From: Thermoproteus tenax Kra 1
GTDB taxonomy: Archaea > Thermoproteota > Thermoprotei > Thermoproteales > Thermoproteaceae
Direction: 5' to 3'
Length of the DNA: 32,000 nt
Assembly: GCF_000253055.1 (NCBI RefSeq)
Contig: NC_016070.1
Location: forward strand, 720,001-752,000
The position numbers were made by a program, and so were the translations under genes. How positions within the stretch are numbered: position 1 is the stretch's first letter; each line of letters opens with the position of its first letter. This document shows positions 8,675 through 16,523 of this stretch, piece after piece. The notes below the pieces were generated by a model. That model searched no databases and had not been told where the DNA came from. It was given only the letters and a program-made list of their open reading frames with translations.

Positions 8675-10137
8675 ATTTTACCATAGCTGATTATTCGATA
8701 TTTTTTACAATAGTTGGATTGACAGTAGTGGCCGCGTTCTTAGGCAGTAGGTGGAGAGCTCCTGACTTCTCCAAAATAGCCGAGTGGAGTATAGGTGGCA
8801 TGAAGTTTGGAGCACTTATAGTCTGGTTTCTCATGGGAGCTGATATATACACAGCCTACTCACTAATAGCAATTCCAGGCGCCGCGTATTCACTGGGTGG
8901 GTTCATCCTATATTCTGTTGTTTACGGCTCAATATCTTATCCGTTTCTCTACATAGTTGCTACTAAGTTCTACAGAATAGCTAAGCGTAAAGGCTACATA
9001 ACCGCTGGCGACTACGTTAGGGATAGGTTTGATAGCGATGTGTTGGCGTTGCTTATATCGCTCACGGGCATCGTTTCAATGCTTCCTTACATTGCCCTCC
9101 AGATAGTTGGTATTAGGTACGTACTGGATGCTATGGGCTTTCCAACTATTCCAAGCTTCGTGATAGCTTATATAATAGTTGCTGCGTTCGTATCGCTAAG
9201 CGGCCTAAGGGGACCAGCCTTGAGCTCATTAATAAAGGATGTTGTATTGTGGGGCGTTATACTCACAGTGATCATCACATTGGGCATACGCTTTGAGGGG
9301 TTTGGCCCCATATTTGCTCAAGTCGGGCCATCCCACTACCTAATACCTAGTAAATTAATCGTGGGTTATATAACGTTGGCTCTCGCCAGCGGAATATCAT
9401 GGTTGCTCTTCCCCAACCTTCTTGTTGGATTGCTCGGCTCTAAGAGCGAGGATGTAATTAAGAAAAATTCTGTGTTTCTACCTTTTTACCAAGTGTGGTT
9501 GCTTTTCCTAGCTATAATGGGGTTGATAGCCTTAGCCAATAACCTTGTACCAAATAATATATCCAGTTTAGCATTTCCTTACGTTCTTAGTGCATACTTT
9601 CCAACTACGTTTGTTGCGATAGCCTTCGCCGGCATAGTCATAGGTAGCATGGTTCCGGCTGGTTTGCAAAGTCTCGGCGCAGCCAATCTAATCACAAGGA
9701 ATATCTATCTGGGAATCATCAATAAGAGGGCCACTGAGAAACAACAAGTATTTTGGGGTAGAGTGGCTGTGTTTATAATGATAATTGCATCGTTAATATT
9801 TGCATTGGTTCCAGCAGCTAGCGGATTAATATTCTTCTTATTGACCTTTTCATATGCCTGGCTTCTACAAACCTTACCGGCAATAATAATGTCAATGTAT
9901 TGGTATAGCTTGGACAAGTACAGCGTAACTGCTGGATGGGTCGTCGGCACCGGATTGGTTACCTATGGCTTAATAACGGTAGGATTCGCATCATCGCTAC
10001 TACCCTGGTTCTACTATATATATGTTGGCTTTCTAGGATTAGTTGTTAATTTAACGACAGTGTTAGTGGTGCATTTAATAGTAAAGATTCTTAAAGTTAA
10101 AGTAACTAGTAAATTAACACCACAAGAACTTCAATAA
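8671..10137 (+). CDS. Sodium:solute symporter (SSS family)
   Basis: 488 aa polytopic protein; RWRAPDFSKIAEWSIGGMKFGALIVWFLMGADIYTAYSLIAIPG, GYITAGDYVRDRF, LAFAGIVIGSMVPAGLQSLGAANLITRNIY. Confidence 0.85.
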   Translation: MNFTIADYSIFFTIVGLTVVAAFLGSRWRAPDFSKIAEWSIGGMKFGALIVWFLMGADIYTAYSLIAIPGAAYSLGGFILYSVVYGSISYPFLYIVATKFYRIAKRKGYITAGDYVRDRFDSDVLALLISLTGIVSMLPYIALQIVGIRYVLDAMGFPTIPSFVIAYIIVAAFVSLSGLRGPALSSLIKDVVLWGVILTVIITLGIRFEGFGPIFAQVGPSHYLIPSKLIVGYITLALASGISWLLFPNLLVGLLGSKSEDVIKKNSVFLPFYQVWLLFLAIMGLIALANNLVPNNISSLAFPYVLSAYFPTTFVAIAFAGIVIGSMVPAGLQSLGAANLITRNIYLGIINKRATEKQQVFWGRVAVFIMIIASLIFALVPAASGLIFFLLTFSYAWLLQTLPAIIMSMYWYSLDKYSVTAGWVVGTGLVTYGLITVGFASSLLPWFYYIYVGFLGLVVNLTTVLVVHLIVKILKVKVTSKLTPQELQ

Positions 10138-10265
10138 ATCAATTTATCTATATTTTAAATTATAAATTAAATAACTTTTATTGATCAGATTATAATTAAA
10201 ATAACAAGAATTCAAATACCCTATCTCGTGACTTTAACGCTACCTGAGAGAAGCTGTCTGCCGTA

Positions 10266-10685
10266 TTAGCTCACGACAGCAGTGAAGGGATAGGCGGCTC
10301 CAGTAGAGACCACTAAGCTGCCTTGGACCGTAGTGCCCGGCGCTCCGACGACACCAGGACATCTATAGACCAGGACGGCCATAGCCCCCATTTTGACAAT
10401 GACTCTATTGCCGTTTATCGACGCTTGGCCTGACGACGAATAGGGGAAACACGGCACGTTATCGATATATACACTTATTATCTCCGCCGTAGGAGAGGGG
10501 CCCAAGTTTGAGACTATCAAGGTCAGATAACCCGAGGCGTTTAGCCTAGCCTCAGAGACAGCAACTCTGGTTCCTGACTGTGTGTATGATAGAAACGTCG
10601 TATACATGTACCAACTGAAGGCAACGGCTATAATTATCACAATTGCCAATAAAATCGCTTGTTCTATTGAGATTTGGCCATACAC
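10266..10685 (-). CDS. Archaeal type IV pilin / flagellin-like small secreted protein
   Basis: 139 aa; MYGQISIEQAILLAIVIIIAVAFSWYMYTTFLSY N-terminal hydrophobic pilin-like helix, then a Ser/Gly/Val-rich beta domain (LIVSNLGPSPTAEIISVYIDNVPC). Confidence 0.6.
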   Translation of the reverse strand: MYGQISIEQAILLAIVIIIAVAFSWYMYTTFLSYTQSGTRVAVSEARLNASGYLTLIVSNLGPSPTAEIISVYIDNVPCFPYSSSGQASINGNRVIVKMGAMAVLVYRCPGVVGAPGTTVQGSLVVSTGAAYPFTAVVS

Positions 10686-10800
10686 AATTTAGTTATTATG
10701 TGAATTTATATTTTTAACTTCTTGATTTTATACTCTTGGCCTCTCTCGTTATTAGGGCTTCAGAGAGAAATTTTTAAAGTGGCTAGGTATAATCGATAGA

Positions 10801-10877
10801 GGGCCCGTAGCTCAGCAAGGGAGAGCGGCGGGCTCCAGACCCGTAGGTCGGGGGTTCAAATCCCTCCGGGCCCACCA
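10801..10877 (+). tRNA. tRNA-Trp (CCA), intronless, with encoded 3' CCA
   Basis: GGGCCCG TA GCTC AGCAAGGGA GAGC G GCGGG CTCCAGA CCCGT AGGTC GGGGG TTCAAAT CCCTC CGGGCCC A CCA. Anticodon CCA at 10835-10837; TATA-like attttttaaag region upstream. Confidence 0.9.
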
Positions 10878-10921
10878 GATTTTACGGCCTCTACCTCTTA
10901 ATTAACTACGAGAGTTCAGAC

Positions 10922-11818
10922 GTGGAGATAGTCCCAATAGCCGAGGAAAGCCTCGGAGTTAGGTCTATGGCGTTGTTCGTAAGGACAAGCGATGTGGGCA
11001 TACTGTTCGACGCAGGCATATCCCTAGCCCCTCGTAGAGACGGCCTTCCGCCGCATCCTCTGGAGCTAGGCCGAGTCGCTGAGCTGAGGAGGGCTATGTT
11101 AGATCTGGCTCCACAGGCAGACGTGATCACAGTATCCCACTATCACCGCGATCACTTTACGCCGTGGTACGCCAGCGCGTACATGGGGACAGACGAGGGG
11201 ACCTTCAGAGCAATATATAGCGGAAAGCTCATCTTGGCAAAATCGCCGCAAGGTCTCAACTGGAGCCAGAGGAGGCGCCACTACGGTTTCGCGAAGGCTG
11301 TGGGAGACATTGCTAGAGTAGAATATGCCGATGGAAAGGCGTATGAGTTCGGGGGGACGAAGATATATGTGTCGACGCCTTTACCGCATGGACCGGAGGG
11401 CTCTGCCGCCGGCTTCGTTATAGCGTTCTCTGTTGAGGTCGCCGACGAAAAGCTTTTGTTTATGCCCGATGTACAAGGGCCGGCCAACGAGAAGGCGCTG
11501 AGCTTTGCCAGAGAGGTTAGGCCAGACATTGTAATAGTGGGGGGTCCTCCGCTATATCTCAAAAGCGTCGACTCCACAATTGGCCTGAGAGGCCTCAAGA
11601 AGCTCTCACAAACGCCGGGACTTCAGCTATTGGTGGTCGCCCATCACACGCTAAGAGAATTGAACTGGAAACGCATCCTATCGCCCATCCTCGAGTTGGC
11701 GGCCAAGCGAGGGATCGAGGTAAAGACTTATGCAGAGCTGTTGGGGCGCGAGGTAGATCTACTTGAGGCTCGGCGGAGGGAGCTATATCGGGAGACTCCA
11801 GTAGGCGAGAGAAAATGA
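10922..11818 (+). CDS. Metallo-beta-lactamase fold hydrolase (UPF0282-like)
   Basis: 298 aa; ADVITVSHYHRDHFTPW (HxHxDH), LLFMPDVQGP, LLVVAHHTLRELNW. Confidence 0.75.
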   Translation: MEIVPIAEESLGVRSMALFVRTSDVGILFDAGISLAPRRDGLPPHPLELGRVAELRRAMLDLAPQADVITVSHYHRDHFTPWYASAYMGTDEGTFRAIYSGKLILAKSPQGLNWSQRRRHYGFAKAVGDIARVEYADGKAYEFGGTKIYVSTPLPHGPEGSAAGFVIAFSVEVADEKLLFMPDVQGPANEKALSFAREVRPDIVIVGGPPLYLKSVDSTIGLRGLKKLSQTPGLQLLVVAHHTLRELNWKRILSPILELAAKRGIEVKTYAELLGREVDLLEARRRELYRETPVGERK

Positions 11819-12771
11819 GGAGGCAGACGCTGAACCTCGTCAAAGTAATCACAGAGCTGCTGACTATTGGCGCCCTCGGAGCTCTATTGTACGTCTCAGT
11901 GGATCTAACGGCGGAGAAAATCGCATCAGTGCCCTCCTATGTTTTCGTCCTAATCAAGGCGATTATATTAATAGGCGGAGGAATCGCCGGCGTTAAGGCG
12001 TTAGGCGACTATCTAATAAGAGCGTTGGAGCCCAAGATAGGCGATAGAGCCTATGCGGTAGGCAATACATTCAAGATACTGGGCTATATAGTCGCAATAG
12101 TGGTCGGCTTCTACAAGATCGGAGCAACAAGTCAGATCGCATTGCTCGGCGGCACTATCGCCGGGATTGTCTTGGGCTTGGCCCTACAGCCGGTTCTGAG
12201 CAATCTGTTCGCAGGTCTCCTAATAATTGCGACGAACTTCGTAAGAGTCGGCGACATTGTGCGAGTCATAAACTGGCAAGTGCCCTATCAGTGGGCCTTT
12301 AGTCCCTCCTATAAGTTCTTCTCACCGGACTACGTAGTCCCCGCCTTTAAAGGGAAGGTAGTCGAGGTCAACCTCTTTTATACGGTGTTAGTCACCGACG
12401 TAGGTAGAGAGCTGAAGGTGCCCAACTCCATAATGTTAGGAGGGGCCATAATCGACGAGTCCTCGCCTCAGTGGTCGCAGAGCCTCACGGTCAACGTCCG
12501 AGTGGAGCTCCCCCTCTCGGTAGTCGATTTAAGCTCCCTTGAGGACGTCATTAAGGCGAGACTCGAAGGGCTCAACGTTGTGGGGATATATCTGAACGAA
12601 CAGAGCGATAAAGACTATGTAATTATCCTGGTCAGACTGAATATTCCGCGCGACCAAGACTGGCGCAAGGTTAAGTCGGAGGCGCTCAGAAGGCTCCTCC
12701 AACTACGCAACGAGCTGATAAGCTCCAACGAGGCGAGGTATTTGTGTCTAACTAAGGGCGTGTGCAAGTAG
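11815..12771 (+). CDS. Small-conductance mechanosensitive channel (MscS family)
   Basis: 318 aa; GATSQIALLGGTIAGIVLGLALQPVLSNLFAGLLIIATNFVRVGDIVRV is the MscS TM3 pore and beta-domain start. 4-nt overlap with the upstream gene. Confidence 0.85.
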   Translation: MRRQTLNLVKVITELLTIGALGALLYVSVDLTAEKIASVPSYVFVLIKAIILIGGGIAGVKALGDYLIRALEPKIGDRAYAVGNTFKILGYIVAIVVGFYKIGATSQIALLGGTIAGIVLGLALQPVLSNLFAGLLIIATNFVRVGDIVRVINWQVPYQWAFSPSYKFFSPDYVVPAFKGKVVEVNLFYTVLVTDVGRELKVPNSIMLGGAIIDESSPQWSQSLTVNVRVELPLSVVDLSSLEDVIKARLEGLNVVGIYLNEQSDKDYVIILVRLNIPRDQDWRKVKSEALRRLLQLRNELISSNEARYLCLTKGVCK

Positions 12772-12927
12772 CGTTTGTCTCTGGGCCATCGACAACACTC
12801 ACTCGCCGACGTCATGCCCAGGGACTTTATTCCTGCCTTCCTCAACAGTCAGGCTGCCTAAGGCTGAGGGTCGTTGGGCGACAACGCGCACGTATAAGCT
12901 TTTCCGAACGGCTCTTACAATCGAAAG

Positions 12928-13163
12928 TCTCGCCCTATAGGGCGGGGAGATTTGAGCATATAACTTTCATGGCAGAGCAGTGAAGAGGGCGGAGGAAGGC
13001 CTAAATAGCAGTACGCGCCATAAGACGGGGCGGGCCAACCTACTCGTAAGATGGCTTCGGCGGGAGGACGCCACAATGCCCGCCCCAGTTAACCCCGAGG
13101 AGGGGCAGCGGGCGAGGCCCCAACGGTGGAGGCCCAGCATGAGTGGGGAGGAGGTCATATAAT
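12928..13163 (+). repeat. Dispersed repeat family, copy 1 (hairpin plus ~200-nt body)
   Basis: Hairpin ctcgccctatagggcggg (12931-12948), then tttcatggcagagcagtgaagagggcggagga and a core (13048-13143) 'gacgccacaatgcccgccccag..aaccccgaggaggggcagcgggcgaggcccc' homologous to copies 2 and 3. Confidence 0.8.
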
Positions 13164-13311
13164 CTCCACAAAATATCACTAAACGATAAAATTTCCAACG
13201 ATAAAAGGAAACAGCCTCTCCGCGGCCCTTTTCGCGGGCTATAGCGCGAGCTTTCAAATGGGCCGAACTGAGGTCCACCTCAGCTACGTCCCCTCGTCCC
13301 AGAGGAGACCC

Positions 13312-14496
13312 CTATCTATAGGCAACCAGTGCTTCCCCAATCCTTCTTATACCCTCAATCAGTCTCTCGGTCTTTTCAGCGACGAAGGAGATGCGCACGG
13401 CAGCTTTATAAACTTCACTGAAATAATTGCCCGGCACTAAGGCGACGCTGTATTCCTGCAACAGCTTCTGCGCAAACGCCTCGCCGTCATCAATATAGCT
13501 AGATAAATCTACAAATATAAACATGGAACCTTGCGGTACTTTGAACTTTCCCTCGGGGACGTAGCGCTTCAACGCATCTACGGCTGCATCTCTACGGGCC
13601 CTATATGCGGCTATAAAATCTTTTACATATTTCATTCTAATATCTGAACGTAAATATATTGCAACCATCTTTTGGGCAAACGACGGCGGGCAATACACCA
13701 TCTCCTCATTGACCAACTTTATTCTTGATACGGCCTCCTTTGGGCCATATACATAGCCTAGCCGCCATCCAGGTATCGCAGGATCTTTTGAAAAAGTATT
13801 AATAGAAATTACATTTTCTGGAGCGAGCTTATATAAGTATACATGTTCACCTTCATATATCATTGTCTTATATGCTTCGTCTGTGATCAGCCAGATATCG
13901 TTGTCAATGGCTAAGTCCGCTATAGCCTTCGCCGAGTCTGGAGATATCAGTCTGCCGGTGGGGTTATCAGGAGACACTATTATCACGGCCTTAGTCTTGG
14001 GGGACACAAGCTCTTTCAACCTCTCTACGCTTGGCTGATAACCTTCCTCTAAGGAGGTCCTCAATCTAACTACGCGCGCTCCGAAGTATTCCAACAGAGG
14101 TTTATAGCCAAAGTATGTCGGATCAAAGAGTATTACCTCATCGCCAGGCTCCAAGATGGATGCAAGAGTTGAGAACATCGCGGCTTGTCCGCCGGCGGTG
14201 ACCACTATATGGTCTGGGCTCACGTCCAGCCCGCCCAGCCGCCTCAGATCCTCTGAGATGGCCTCCCTTAGCTCGTAGATCCCCTGGCTTGGAGTATACC
14301 CGTATAGCTCCATGCTCTCCTCTTGGAGCAACTCGGCCATCTTTTGTCTTACCTCTAGCGGTGGAGGTATACTCGGTTGGCCCGCCGACAATATTATTAC
14401 GTCTTTCCCCTCCCTTTTCAGTCTCTCCCTCAATGCGTCAATCTTTCTCGTAGGACTCTCCCTCAGATAGGCGAGTCTCTTCGAGAAGTCTCGCAC
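13312..14496 (-). CDS. Pyridoxal-phosphate aminotransferase class I/II
   Basis: 394 aa; VIILSAGQPSIPPP, VTAGGQAAMFSTLASILEPGDEVILFDPTYFGY, SPDNPTGRL, SINTFSKDPAIPGWRLGYV (PLP lysine). Confidence 0.85.
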   Translation of the reverse strand: MRDFSKRLAYLRESPTRKIDALRERLKREGKDVIILSAGQPSIPPPLEVRQKMAELLQEESMELYGYTPSQGIYELREAISEDLRRLGGLDVSPDHIVVTAGGQAAMFSTLASILEPGDEVILFDPTYFGYKPLLEYFGARVVRLRTSLEEGYQPSVERLKELVSPKTKAVIIVSPDNPTGRLISPDSAKAIADLAIDNDIWLITDEAYKTMIYEGEHVYLYKLAPENVISINTFSKDPAIPGWRLGYVYGPKEAVSRIKLVNEEMVYCPPSFAQKMVAIYLRSDIRMKYVKDFIAAYRARRDAAVDALKRYVPEGKFKVPQGSMFIFVDLSSYIDDGEAFAQKLLQEYSVALVPGNYFSEVYKAAVRISFVAEKTERLIEGIRRIGEALVAYR

Positions 14497-14575
14497 AGCG
14501 TTAGGACTTTGTAATATTATAAATAATTATATGTATATTCTACAATTGTGGGGGAAGAAGTTGGGCAATTCTTAC

Positions 14576-16048
14576 CTAGCCTCCCTCGGCCTTTCTAAAT
14601 ATCGGTACGCCGGCCTCTGAATAGCTTATCTCCCACTCCTCCAGAGTTCTTTTGTCCACTATGTGGATTCGAGCTCCGTTGAGGTCTATATGGTACGGCC
14701 CAATCTCCTCGACGGTCTGACCTATTATATGTAGCGCCAGTGCCGTAGACGCAGCTACTATGGCGCCGCGAAGGGGCGGCACCAACTTGGAGGCATCGCC
14801 GGCGGGCTCGCCTCTTATGTTCTTCAACATATTTATAAATTCGGCTAACGCCTCGGCCGACCCGAGGAGCTCCAGCGCTCTCACGGCCCACTTAATCGCT
14901 ATGCCCGCCTCAAGACCGAGCCGTGCGAAAAACCACGCATCGCTTATGTTGGCCGCCAGCTTTGCCCTCTCCATCTCCAATATCTTCAGTAGCTCGTTGG
15001 GCGAAACGCTTGGGGCCGTCTCTTCTGCGAACACCTCAGGCCTCTTTCCGAGGAGAACCTCAATGTACCTCTTCAATATCTGCCACACGTCAAGACCCCT
15101 ATTCGAGCCCCAAGCATCGAAAGATCTATCGATTATCTCATTAAGCCAACTTATGGCGTTGCGCAGAGGCTCCCTCCAAGGCGCCGGGCCGTCGCATCCA
15201 CAATCCCTTGTCCAACGTCCCAACCCGTGGGGGCAGCTCCAAGACGTGCCAGGGATTACCTCGACATCTCCCAGAGGCGGTTTTTCGGCCATTAAACCCA
15301 GATTGACAAACTTAGAGCCATATTTAGCCACAACCTCGGCTAAGACGCGCTCCTCGCCGCGTTTGTGGTGGCCGAAAGTCTCGCCGTCTAACGCTATTAA
15401 GGTCAACGAATCTTGTGGCGCCGACTCAACGGCTCTCTGGAGTTCCCCCTTCTCTCCAAAGGCCACTCTGTCCGACAGCGCCTCATCTCTTACGAATACC
15501 TTTATCTCTCTGCCCGAGGGTAGAACCACTCTATAGGGGCCTCCAGCTCTCCTGCCCTTGATCTGTCTCTGAGTTAATATAGTGAATTTTATGTCGTACT
15601 CGGCCAGCACCTCCAGCGTCTCTATGTCGACGGCCATCTCGGGCAGCCACATCCCCTCCGGATATCTACCGAAATGTCTTTCGAAGTGTTTTATCCCCCA
15701 CCACACTAAGACCTCTTTGTTGCGGCGATCCAACAACGGGAGGATCACGTGGTAGTAGGGATGAGCCACCGCGTTGCCGTGACCCCACCTCTCCCGCCCC
15801 ACCTCGTCTGCCTCAATTATAGCGCTATAGACGTGGGGCCTCCTCCGTCTAAGCCAGTCGAGTAGGGTTGGGCCGAAATCGAAGCTGATCCAAGTGTAGT
15901 TGCCCAACAGCGCGTTGGGCTCATAGCACTCATGTGTTATCCTCTCGTTCCAATGTCTGAAGGGCGCCGCGGAGGGCTCAGGTAATATATCCTCAAACCA
16001 AGGATCCTCCCTGGGAGGCTGATAAAAGTGGCCATGTATGACGATCAC
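14576..16048 (-). CDS. Glycoside hydrolase family 57 (amylase-like)
   Basis: 490 aa; HGHFYQPPREDPW, SFDFGPTLLDWL, GMWLPEMAVDIETLEVLAEYDIKFTILTQRQI, ALDGETFGHHKRGEE. Typical of the GH57/DUF3536 type. Confidence 0.85.
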   Translation of the reverse strand: MIVIHGHFYQPPREDPWFEDILPEPSAAPFRHWNERITHECYEPNALLGNYTWISFDFGPTLLDWLRRRRPHVYSAIIEADEVGRERWGHGNAVAHPYYHVILPLLDRRNKEVLVWWGIKHFERHFGRYPEGMWLPEMAVDIETLEVLAEYDIKFTILTQRQIKGRRAGGPYRVVLPSGREIKVFVRDEALSDRVAFGEKGELQRAVESAPQDSLTLIALDGETFGHHKRGEERVLAEVVAKYGSKFVNLGLMAEKPPLGDVEVIPGTSWSCPHGLGRWTRDCGCDGPAPWREPLRNAISWLNEIIDRSFDAWGSNRGLDVWQILKRYIEVLLGKRPEVFAEETAPSVSPNELLKILEMERAKLAANISDAWFFARLGLEAGIAIKWAVRALELLGSAEALAEFINMLKNIRGEPAGDASKLVPPLRGAIVAASTALALHIIGQTVEEIGPYHIDLNGARIHIVDKRTLEEWEISYSEAGVPIFRKAEGG

Positions 16049-16090
16049 GCACTCGTGCGATAGCTAATAATAAAAAGTTAGGCCTAACGG

Positions 16091-16347
<257 letters not shown>

Positions 16348-16408
16348 GCTTCGTACATCCTTCTCACTGAGAAGAAAAATTTTAAATCGAGCGACCCATA
16401 CGGCTCAA

Positions 16409-16500
16409 GCCCCGGTCGTCTAGCCAGGTCAAAGGGTGCGCCCGGCTAGGGATATGGGCCTTTCGAGCCCAGGACCCGGGTTCAAATCCCGGCCGGGGCA
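16409..16500 (+). tRNA. tRNA-Glu (TTC) with an apparent 16-nt noncanonical intron in the D-arm 3' strand (about 16436-16451, boundary ambiguous by 1 nt)
   Basis: GCCCCGG TC GTCT AGCCAGGTCAAA GG[GTGCGCCCGGCTAGGG]ATA TGGGC CTTTCGA GCCCA GGAC CCGGG TTCAAAT CCCGG CCGGGGC A. Removing 16 nt restores the D-stem and a 76-nt tRNA. TATA-like aaattttaaat upstream. Confidence 0.85.
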
Positions 16501-16523
16501 CGTTCTAAAGCATTGTCCAATGG

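Larger units (their letters stand above)
6956..10261. other. AT-rich accessory island (M20 peptidase, DUF3311 protein, SSS symporter) flanked by pilin-end repeats
   Basis: Hand-counted 60-nt rows give 43% GC (7201-7260) and 33% GC (9781-9840), against 53% at 11401-11460. Codon third positions are visibly AT-rich. Bounded by the direct repeats at 6907-6955 and 10262-10328. Confidence 0.55.

Noticed and set aside
12762-12983. 73-aa + ORF between mscS and repeat copy 1
   Set aside because: Overlaps the mscS end and the hairpin; no recognisable protein features. I tried to read it as a TnpB C-terminus and saw no Zn-ribbon or catalytic motif.
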